Assembly (NCBI GenBank): GCA_045536815.1
Contig: JAZSOH010000025.1
Location: 1-64,000, forward strand
DNA from: Acutalibacteraceae bacterium
GTDB lineage: Bacteria > Bacillota > Clostridia > Oscillospirales > Acutalibacteraceae
Direction: 5' to 3'
DNA length: 64,000 nt
Shown: in pieces, positions 20,325 through 27,718 of the stretch
How the letters are laid out: the number at the start of each line of letters is the position of its first letter
Position numbering within the stretch: the first letter of the stretch is position 1
Program-made: the position numbers and the translations under genes
The notes under the pieces: generated by a model
Seen by the model: only the letters and a program-made list of their open reading frames with translations
Told to the model about the DNA's origin: nothing
Databases searched by the model: none

Positions 20325-21047
20325 CTATTTGCTGTATTTTTCTACAAATTCTATAATTGGTGTGTTATCCTCAAGACCGTGGGGGTGGTGGGCGCAACCC
20401 TGTTTTCCTACGGTGATAATGGTGCCGCCATTTTCGCGATAGTATTTTTCTAAAATAGCGCCGTTTTCTTCGTAAGGCACAATTTCGTCGCTATCGCCGT
20501 ATACCATAAAAACGGGTATGTTGTTTTTAAGTAATAGAGGAATTTTATCCATAGGATGCTCTCTATAACAAATAAGCTCTGACAAGGTCATACCTGTAAC
20601 CTCAGTGAATTCGGGCCAAAGAATGTCTTTCGCTTTGCCTATACCTGCTGGGCAGGAAAGTAGATTCATAACGGGTGCATCAATATAGAGCGCAGATACA
20701 CATTCGGGATATTTTGCTGTAAATTTAGTAGCAATCATAGCGCCGCAGCTAAGACCTACGGGAACACATTTTTCATAAAGACCAAACTCTGCAGTTATGT
20801 ATGTAACAAAGCGTTTTCTAAGGTCAAGGTCGCTTTCAATACACCAACGAGTAGTGTTGGTGAGAAAGGCTAGATGCCAACCGCGTTTTAGCATATCAAG
20901 TTCAAAGTTGGGGAAATCCAAAAAATACTCGGTTTTTAGCACCCAATTTTTGTTTTTGTTAGGCTCTTTAGGGAAAACGAGAATGGCCTCGTGTCCTTCA
21001 AAGTCAAAATCAATTCGTTTAAATCCGTAATAAAGAGATTCTTTCAT
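20325..21047 (-). CDS. alpha/beta hydrolase (esterase-like)
   Basis: GLSCG nucleophile elbow. 240 aa. Confidence 0.65.
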   Translation of the reverse strand: MKESLYYGFKRIDFDFEGHEAILVFPKEPNKNKNWVLKTEYFLDFPNFELDMLKRGWHLAFLTNTTRWCIESDLDLRKRFVTYITAEFGLYEKCVPVGLSCGAMIATKFTAKYPECVSALYIDAPVMNLLSCPAGIGKAKDILWPEFTEVTGMTLSELICYREHPMDKIPLLLKNNIPVFMVYGDSDEIVPYEENGAILEKYYRENGGTIITVGKQGCAHHPHGLEDNTPIIEFVEKYSK

Positions 21048-21140
21048 TTTAAAACCACCTAAATGTTATTTTTATCCTAATATTTTACGATCTATTATAA
21101 AAAACAAGTACGTTTTTTATAATACTTAATTTTCTAGAAT

Positions 21141-21965
21141 TTATAAATAATCCTTTGTGAATCTACCGTCAAAAAGTAGATAGGTGTACTCAAACCCGAC
21201 CTCTTTTAAAATAGTTTTTACCTTGTCAAAGCTGTGAGAAATGGTGTCTGCATGGTGACTGTCAGAGGAAATAACTATTTTAGCATTTTTTTCTTTTAAA
21301 ACCCTTAAAAGGTTGTAAGAGGGGTAGGGGGAGGTTCTGTACCCACGGGATATTGCGCCGGTATTTACCTCAAAAAAGCAGTCATACTCGGCCGCCAGCG
21401 CTATATATCTTTCGGCAAGTTTGTTATATTCTTCATTCCCTAAAAGGGGGAAACCCAAAACTTCATCAAACTTGGTTATAAGGTCAAAATGGCCTATAAT
21501 GTCAGGGCGCCGCGTGTCTATATATTCGCAAAATGTTTTGTAGTAGCTGTCGGCCAGCTTAACGGGGTCGTTACCAAAAAGCTCTAAACATTTTTTGAAG
21601 CCGTTAACACTAATATCAATAGGGTAAAATTCTTCGTTTTTTGTAAAATAGTGGCAAGAGCCAATTATGTAGTCAAAAGCTTCTCGGCAAACGGGCCACC
21701 CTGCTTCTTCCTCGACCCCTAAATATATCTGAATTTTGTCATTGTACTTATCCTTTAAGCGCTTTATTTCTGCTATATAACCGTCGGTATCTCGCATGCA
21801 GTAGTTTTGTTCGCAATCTATGTGTGCGTGCCCAGAAAATCCAATGGAACAAAATCCTTTTTTTATTGCCGACAAAACCACCTCTTCAGGTGTACTTTTA
21901 CCATCGCAAAAGGTAGAGTGTGTATGTAAATTGCTTAACATAAAAAGTCGGTCCTTTTCATTCAA
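21141..21965 (-). CDS. PHP-domain histidinol-phosphatase family protein
   Basis: LHTHSTFCDGK…GFSGHAH PHP metal-binding motifs. Confidence 0.75.
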   Translation of the reverse strand: MNEKDRLFMLSNLHTHSTFCDGKSTPEEVVLSAIKKGFCSIGFSGHAHIDCEQNYCMRDTDGYIAEIKRLKDKYNDKIQIYLGVEEEAGWPVCREAFDYIIGSCHYFTKNEEFYPIDISVNGFKKCLELFGNDPVKLADSYYKTFCEYIDTRRPDIIGHFDLITKFDEVLGFPLLGNEEYNKLAERYIALAAEYDCFFEVNTGAISRGYRTSPYPSYNLLRVLKEKNAKIVISSDSHHADTISHSFDKVKTILKEVGFEYTYLLFDGRFTKDYL

Positions 21966-22322
21966 AATTACAACCCAATTATATCATAAGCGTAAGGTAT
22001 TTCAAGCATATATGCACAAAAATGTATGTTTTCAAGAAAAAAATATACATTAATGTGAACTAACTAAGCCACATTAAAAGGTCGAAGAAGATTTAATTGT
22101 AAATATCAACGATTATCGGCAGAGCATAACATATATCTATAAAATTTTCAAGGATTTTAGGTAACAGAAAAAGTTTTTGCGCTAGTTGGAAAAGTAAGTG
22201 TACAGTGATAAATAATAAAACTCATGTTGTTACATTTTTAAAAATATGCAAGTCAAAAATTGCGTAATTTGACAACTAAAAATTCCCCTTTAAAAAAACT
22301 AAAAAACTTTCAAAAAAGCACT

Positions 22323-22351
22323 TGACACACCATAGGTTTTGTGTTATTATA
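22323..22351 (+). promoter_or_regulatory. promoter for tRNA genes
   Basis: TTGACA - 17 bp - TATTAT, just upstream of tRNA-Thr. Confidence 0.5.
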
Positions 22352-22369
22352 ATTGGGCGCCGTAAAAAT

Positions 22370-22445
22370 GCTGGTGTAGCTCAGTTGGTAGAGCAGCTGA
22401 TTTGTAATCAGCAGGTCGGGGGTTCAAGTCCGTCCACCAGCTCCA
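22370..22445 (+). tRNA. tRNA-Thr (anticodon TGT)
   Basis: Cloverleaf read by hand. Acceptor GCTGGTG/CACCAGC. Anticodon loop tTTGTAa. T-loop TTCAAGT. Encoded CCA. One G-G mismatch in the T-stem. Confidence 0.85.
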
Positions 22446-22604
22446 TTTTTTAGGTTCCGTAAAAACGGACTTGAAGCCTAAGAGGGTGAGCATCGTAAAT
22501 AAAACATCATGGTATGATGTTTTTAGATGCGAAGTGTGAAGACGGGTACTGTTTGCTACGGCAAACGGTCGTCGAGCACGGCAAACTTTCGAAAGAAAGG
22601 TTGC

Positions 22605-22650
22605 GTCCGTCCACCAGCTCCATTTTGTTAAGTTCCGTAAAAACGGACTT
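22605..22650 (+). repeat. direct repeat of tRNA-Thr 3' end plus downstream hairpin (duplicate of 22424-22470)
   Basis: gtccgtccaccagctccatttt then ttccgtaaaaacggactt recur 180 bp downstream of the tRNA. Confidence 0.8.
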
Positions 22651-22671
22651 GGAATGCGGTAAATTTAATAT

Positions 22672-22756
22672 GGGAGTGTTCCCGAGTGGCCAAAGGGGGC
22701 AGACTGTAAATCTGTTGTCTTCGACTTCGGTGGTTCGAATCCACCCGCTCCCACCA
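22672..22756 (+). tRNA. tRNA-Tyr (anticodon GTA)
   Basis: Acceptor GGGAGTG/CGCTCCC. Anticodon loop cTGTAaa. Long variable arm. T-arm GGTGGTTCGAATCCACC. Encoded CCA. Confidence 0.9.
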
Positions 22757-22760
22757 AAAC

Positions 22761-22795
22761 AAAAAACCGACCAAAAGGTCGGTTTTTTGTTTTGT
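22761..22795 (+). terminator. rho-independent terminator after tRNA-Tyr
   Basis: aaaaaaccgacc-aaaa-ggtcggtttttt. Confidence 0.75.
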
Positions 22796-22967
22796 GGCAG
22801 AAAGGGTGAGATGAGAACCACCGAAGGTGGTGTACGTCGAAGCAGCCCAAAAGCCGCGATAGGCTTTTGGGACTGTGAAGTCTCGAGCAACGCAGATTTT
22901 TCGCAACCGCTCGGAGTGGTCGAAAAATCAAGGGGCGCAGAGTATCCACCCGCTCCCACCAAAAAAT
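22789..22967 (+). repeat. ~180-bp element copy 1, ending with a 19-bp copy of the tRNA-Tyr 3' end (atccacccgctcccacca)
   Basis: Near-identical to 25491-25670 (only 2 mismatches seen). Internal hairpins (cccaaaagcc/ggcttttggg). Followed by its own terminator. Confidence 0.85.
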
Positions 22968-22993
22968 CCAAGTCTTCGGACTTGGATTTTTTT
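22962..22993 (+). terminator. rho-independent terminator after repeat copy 1
   Basis: aaaaaatccaagtc-ttcg-gacttggattttttt. Confidence 0.8.
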
Positions 22994-23107
22994 ATCCATT
23001 GCGAAAGCAATGGCATATCATCAACGATAGCGTTGCTATCGTTGTATCTCATCAGTCCGTCAGAACTGTATATCATCACGCAAAGCGTGTATCAAAAAAC
23101 TTTCGCA

Positions 23108-23185
23108 ATGATGATATACAAAACTTCGTTTTGATGATATGCAATTTCTTCAAAATTGATGATATACAATGCTTCGCATTGATTT
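23108..23185 (+). repeat. array of TTGATGATATRCAA boxes separated by short variable hairpins
   Basis: Boxes at 23109-23121, 23131-23144 and 23156-23169, plus a partial box at 23179. The CAA…TTG box edges pair across spacers with ttc-type loops. Confidence 0.75.
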
Positions 23186-23207
23186 GTTTGTGAATTTATG
23201 CTATAAT
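23179..23207 (+). promoter_or_regulatory. promoter downstream of the box array
   Basis: TTGATT - 17 bp - TATAAT. Confidence 0.5.
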
Positions 23208-23228
23208 TACCACATAGGAAGTGAGATA

Positions 23229-23426
23229 ATGCCCAAGAATTATTTGCTTGTTTATTCAGAACAACTTGCAACGGATGTTGAGTTGCTATGTCAGAGGATA
23301 AAAGCACCGTCTAATACAATCTTTCAAATTCGTAAAAGTTCAAGCAGCGTTTATGCAAATATTCGAGAAGCAAACTACGGGCAAAGTAAGTCTGATATGC
23401 CGCCCATTCCAATCACAAACGAATAA
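23229..23426 (+). pseudogene. truncated four-helix-bundle (TIGR02436 / Avd-like) protein gene
   Basis: 65 aa. Aligns with the N-terminal half of the 41317-41667 product (…LC.RI…Q..KS.SS..ANI.E..YGQS.SD), then diverges and stops. The C-terminal helices are missing. Confidence 0.5.
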
Positions 23427-23452
23427 TGGGCGTATAACTGGAGGAAATACAT

Positions 23453-25321
23453 ATGAAATGTAATAAATGTGGAACAGAACTACCAAAAGGTGCAAAATTC
23501 TGCTCTAATTGTGGCCATAAAACCGAAACTAAACAACAGGAAATAGTGGTTAATGTAGAAAATACAGCTACCAAAACAAATGATCCTGTTGTGGAAACTC
23601 AAAAGAAAGAAACGATAGTAGATAAAGCAAAGGAAAAAGGTATTTCTTTTTGGAAACAGCGTAGTCGCCTTGGCAAACTTGCAACCATATCATTAGTCTT
23701 ATTCTCACTCTTTGCTTTCATTGCTTTGGTTTCTGGAAAAGTCGGTGCGGTTATAGTTTCGCTTTTGGCGATCGGACTTACTGTTGTCGGAATACTGATG
23801 AAACGACAAGTTATAAAGGTAAAAAAGACATGGCTTCCGCTACTATCTATAATCCTCTCATTTGTGCTTGTTTTACCCTTTTTTTCATTCTTTGGTTCGG
23901 ATGAGTCTGGTCGAGAAAAGTATAATTGGAATGAAGTTGTATTAGCCGATATCTTACCACAGCCGGTTTCTCCCTATGGCGAAATAATCACAAACTCTGA
24001 AGATTATCTCTCTATGGATATAACCGAAACAACTCAAGATCAATATAAGGATTACATCGCAGCTTGTGAAGCAAAAGGTTTCACCATAGATAAGGAATCC
24101 TCCGATAGCAATTTCTCTGTATTTAACGAAACTGGATATAAACTGTCATTGAGTTATTATGATTATAGCAGTGAGATGCATATCAATGTTGACTCTGCTA
24201 TGGAGACGGAAACAATAACTTGGCCAGAAACTGAAATGGCAAAGTTATTGCCTGTTCCGAAATCTACCACTGGTAAGATTCAAAGTAATGACGAAGATGG
24301 GTTCACTGTTTATATTGGCGCTACATCCATCGAGAACTACAATGCCTATGTAAAGTATTGTGAAGAAAAAGGATTTACTGTTGATGCCCAAAAAGATGAT
24401 AAGCATTACACTGCAAAAAATGCTGAGTCTTATAAACTGACAGTTAATTATGAAGGAAATAATGTTATTTATATCTCAATCACAGAACCCGAATTCAAAA
24501 TTAATATCGAAGTTGAATGTGTTGAGAATTGGGTATTTAGCAAATATGATGTTGATGTCAGCATAGATGATATGTTCGAAGGAACTATCACTCATGGCGA
24601 TACCGAAACATTCGAAACTGTTCTTAAACGAGGAAATCATACAATCTCCTTTGAGAGCGCAGATGATGATACCTTGGATGGAAAGGTTGAAATGAATGTT
24701 TCGAAAGATGAAACCATCAAGCTGAAGATATCTTGTTCAAGCTCTGGCGTTGATGTTGAGGTTGTCTCTGGCACAACTGCTGAAGATGCTGAAAAAGCAA
24801 GGAATATGGCAGGTGCTCCAGATGTATGGACAAACCTATTAGAGAAACATTATGAAGAAGTTAAAAAGCAATTTGAAGATGCTGGATTTACTAATGTTAC
24901 CTGCGTAGCACACGAAATCGACTATGATGAGAACAATGTCTTTGAAGGAAGTGTAGTTAATATCGCCATTGGCGAAGATGGTGACATCTGCACATTTGAA
25001 AAAGGCGAACAATGGGAAAAAGATATTAAGATCAGAATAGATTATCGTGTGAAACCTGCTAAAGAAGAAACTACTACACCACCAAGCAATGAAACAGAAA
25101 CTCCTTCCCAATCTCAAGATAACGATGATAATTCAGGTGGAAACACAGGAGTTACCGTCCCCGATGAAGAAGAAAGTGAAGGGGATTTGGTGTGGGTTCC
25201 TACAAACGGCGGCACCAAATATCATTCAAGAGCAGGTTGTAGCAATATGAAAGATCCGAAACAAGTATCCAAAGAAACCGCCGAAGCAAATGGCTATACT
25301 CCCTGTAAGAGATGCCACTAA
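23453..25321 (+). CDS. membrane protein with N-terminal zinc ribbon, two tandem extracellular ~95-aa repeats and C-terminal Cys/His cluster
   Basis: CNKCGTELPKGAKFCSNCGH zinc ribbon, then 3 TM helices. Repeats DQYKDYIAACEAKGFTIDKE and ENYNAYVKYCEEKGFTVDAQK. C-terminal YHSRAGCSNM…GYTPCKRCH. Confidence 0.7.
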   Translation: MKCNKCGTELPKGAKFCSNCGHKTETKQQEIVVNVENTATKTNDPVVETQKKETIVDKAKEKGISFWKQRSRLGKLATISLVLFSLFAFIALVSGKVGAVIVSLLAIGLTVVGILMKRQVIKVKKTWLPLLSIILSFVLVLPFFSFFGSDESGREKYNWNEVVLADILPQPVSPYGEIITNSEDYLSMDITETTQDQYKDYIAACEAKGFTIDKESSDSNFSVFNETGYKLSLSYYDYSSEMHINVDSAMETETITWPETEMAKLLPVPKSTTGKIQSNDEDGFTVYIGATSIENYNAYVKYCEEKGFTVDAQKDDKHYTAKNAESYKLTVNYEGNNVIYISITEPEFKINIEVECVENWVFSKYDVDVSIDDMFEGTITHGDTETFETVLKRGNHTISFESADDDTLDGKVEMNVSKDETIKLKISCSSSGVDVEVVSGTTAEDAEKARNMAGAPDVWTNLLEKHYEEVKKQFEDAGFTNVTCVAHEIDYDENNVFEGSVVNIAIGEDGDICTFEKGEQWEKDIKIRIDYRVKPAKEETTTPPSNETETPSQSQDNDDNSGGNTGVTVPDEEESEGDLVWVPTNGGTKYHSRAGCSNMKDPKQVSKETAEANGYTPCKRCH

Positions 25322-25343
25322 ATAATGCGTAAAACAAAACGGC

Positions 25344-25368
25344 CACCGAGCAATCGGTGGTCGTTTAC
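25344..25368 (+). terminator. possible terminator hairpin
   Basis: ccaccga-gcaa-tcggtgg with a weak U-tract. Confidence 0.35.
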
Positions 25369-25490
25369 TTTAGGAATGTTGTGTTTTGATTAATAATGAT
25401 TATTTGTCGAACAGATAATGTTTTTTTGAAAGAATACTAAAAAATCGATAGTTTTTGCTCTTTTTTCAAAAAACAAAGTGGCATCTAAAT

Positions 25491-25670
25491 GTTTTGTGGC
25501 AGAAAGGGTGAGATGAGAACCACCGAAGGCGGTGTACGTCGAAGCAGCCCAAAAGCCGCGATAGGCTTTTGGGACTGTGAAGTCTCGAGCAACGCAGATT
25601 TTTCGCAACCGCTCGGAGTGGTCGAAAAATCAAGGGGCGGAGAGTATCCACCCGCTCCCACCAAAAAATC
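25491..25670 (+). repeat. ~180-bp element copy 2, ending with the tRNA-Tyr 3'-end copy
   Basis: Direct repeat of 22789-22967. Followed by a different terminator. Confidence 0.85.
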
Positions 25671-25675
25671 GACTT

Positions 25676-25716
25676 GCTTAAAATTCCCGTACTATAGTAC
25701 GGGGATTTTTACTTTT
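25676..25716 (+). terminator. rho-independent terminator after repeat copy 2
   Basis: aaaattcccgtact-atag-tacggggatttttac. Confidence 0.75.
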
Positions 25717-25835
25717 TCTTTTAAGAATGTATTTTCCTAAAAATATGAACTTTCGGCTCAATATGTCCTTGCCTTTTTAGTCTTCCTTTGTTATAATACG
25801 TTAGAAATTATTGCTTAAATTTGAAGGTGATTCTA

Positions 25836-27026
25836 ATGATAAAACAAAAGAATTACAAAAAGACACTTATAGCTTGTTATCTTGGCTTTGTTACACAAGC
25901 AATTACTGCCAATTTTACACCGCTTTTATTTTTAACCTTTAAAAGCAGTTACGCAGTTTCACTTGACAAAATTGCAATGATTCCGTTAGTGTTTTATTTA
26001 ACACAATTACTTATCGACCTTGCTGCCACGAAATTTGCTGATAAAATTGGATATCGTACCTGCGTTATCGTTTCGCAGGTGTTATCGGCCGTAGGCCTTT
26101 TGTTGATGGCAATTTTGCCTGAGATACTACCCGTACCGTTTGCAGGCATTTTAATTTCGGTAGTGCTCTACGCAATAGGAAGCGGTCTGGTTGAGGTTTT
26201 GCTAAGTCCCATTGTTGAAGCGTGTCCCTTTGAAAATAAGGACGGAATGATGAGCTTGTTACATTCGTTCTATTGCTGGGGAGCAATGGGTGTTATTTTA
26301 GGTTCTACGCTCTTCTTTGCATTATTTGGCGTAGAAAATTGGAAGATTCTTACCTTCATTTTGGCACTGGTGCCGCTATATAACACATTTAACTTTGTTA
26401 GTTGTCCTATAGAACAGCTAACGGAGGACGGCAAGAGTATGGGTATCGGCAAACTGCTGAAAACACCGATTTTTTGGCTTATGATATTACTTATGGTCTG
26501 CGCGGGAGCCTCAGAAGCAACTATGACTCAATGGACATCTGCCTTTACTGAAGCCGCTATCGGCGTGTCAAAAACTGTTGGTGATTTGGCAGGCCCTTGT
26601 TTGTTTGCAATGTTTATGGGTATAACCCGTATGCTATATGGAAAGTTCAGTGAAAAGCTTGATTTAACTAAGGTTATGCTTATTTGCGGAATTATGTGTG
26701 CCGGTTGTTATTTGTTGGCTTCACTTTCAAATCTGCCGGGCTTAGGACTTGCCGGTTGTGCTCTTTGCGGTTTGGCGGTTGGTATTATGTGGCCGGGGTC
26801 TATTAGTGTATCTTCTCAGAACTGTCCAAGAGGCGGTACGGCGATGTTTGCATTTTTAGCTTTAGCGGGTGATTTAGGCGCTGCGGTAAGTCCCGCTATG
26901 GTGGGAAGTATTTCTGAAAAGGCAGGCGGTAATCTTAAAACAGGACTGCTTATAGCAACAATATTTCCTATAATTTTGGTTGTTGGACTGATTATTTTAA
27001 GAAGTGTGAAAAAGGATAAAGAATAA
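25836..27026 (+). CDS. MFS transporter
   Basis: About 12 TM helices. RBS GAAGGTGA before the ATG at 25836. The track ORF starts at the TTG at 25821. Confidence 0.8.
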   Translation: MIKQKNYKKTLIACYLGFVTQAITANFTPLLFLTFKSSYAVSLDKIAMIPLVFYLTQLLIDLAATKFADKIGYRTCVIVSQVLSAVGLLLMAILPEILPVPFAGILISVVLYAIGSGLVEVLLSPIVEACPFENKDGMMSLLHSFYCWGAMGVILGSTLFFALFGVENWKILTFILALVPLYNTFNFVSCPIEQLTEDGKSMGIGKLLKTPIFWLMILLMVCAGASEATMTQWTSAFTEAAIGVSKTVGDLAGPCLFAMFMGITRMLYGKFSEKLDLTKVMLICGIMCAGCYLLASLSNLPGLGLAGCALCGLAVGIMWPGSISVSSQNCPRGGTAMFAFLALAGDLGAAVSPAMVGSISEKAGGNLKTGLLIATIFPIILVVGLIILRSVKKDKE

Positions 27027-27061
27027 ACACAATGATAAATAAGAATTTGCGGTGAAAAGAT

Positions 27062-27619
27062 ATGGTATTAAGTACAGAAAGGTTGATATTACGGCCTTGG
27101 CAGGAATCGGATGCGGAAAGCCTTTATAATTACGCTAAAGACCCCGCTGTTGGTCCAATTGCGGGCTGGCCGCCACATAAAAGCGTTGCCGAAAGCTTGA
27201 ATATTATAAAAAATGTCTTGAACGGTCCTCAGTGTTATGCTATTTGTGAAAAAAACAATAATATAGCGATTGGTTCTATTGAGCTTAAGTTAAATGGTCG
27301 TACCGATATGACCGAAAGAGACGATGAGTGTGAACTTGGATATTGGCTAGGCAAACCATTTTGGGGCAGAGGATATATGCCGGAAGCGGTAAAAGAAATT
27401 TTGCGTCATGGCTTTGAAACGCTTGGAATGACTACCATATGGTGTGGATATTATGACGGAAATAATAACTCAAAACGAGTTCAGGAAAAACTAGGCTTTG
27501 CTTATCACCATACTTGCGAGCAAGTTGAGGTGCCCCTTATGAATGAAATTAGGGTCGGGCATACTAACTTTATAACAAAAGAAGTGTGGAAAACTGCTTC
27601 GCACGATAAAGATAAATAA
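27062..27619 (+). CDS. GNAT-family N-acetyltransferase (RimJ/RimL-like)
   Basis: ERLILRPWQESDAESLYNYAKDP…GYWLGKPFWGRGYMPEAV. Confidence 0.8.
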   Translation: MVLSTERLILRPWQESDAESLYNYAKDPAVGPIAGWPPHKSVAESLNIIKNVLNGPQCYAICEKNNNIAIGSIELKLNGRTDMTERDDECELGYWLGKPFWGRGYMPEAVKEILRHGFETLGMTTIWCGYYDGNNNSKRVQEKLGFAYHHTCEQVEVPLMNEIRVGHTNFITKEVWKTASHDKDK

Positions 27620-27660
27620 TTATTTCTGACAAATATTCTAGATTTTAAAGGTCATTAAAA

Positions 27661-27700
27661 ATAGCACCCATTCCGTTTGGAGTGGGTGCTTTAATCATTT
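27661..27700. terminator. bidirectional terminator
   Basis: agcacccattcc-gtttgg-agtgggtgct between convergent genes. Confidence 0.7.
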
Positions 27701-27718
27701 AATTCTACGATTTTTCAT

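Noticed and set aside
22628-22949. ORFs 22628-22906, 22665-22949, 25390-25608, 25466-25651 and 25489-25740 overlapping tRNA-Tyr and the 180-bp repeats.
   Set aside because: They run through a tRNA gene, terminators and structured repeat. The duplicated 'protein' sequences are simply translations of the duplicated DNA. No RBS.
22789-25670. The 180-bp repeat pair considered as DGR template/variable repeats (because of adjacent Avd-like genes).
   Set aside because: The two copies differ at only two positions (t/c and c/g), not adenine-specific. They are non-coding and lie outside the putative target gene's 3' end. No reverse transcriptase is present in the window.
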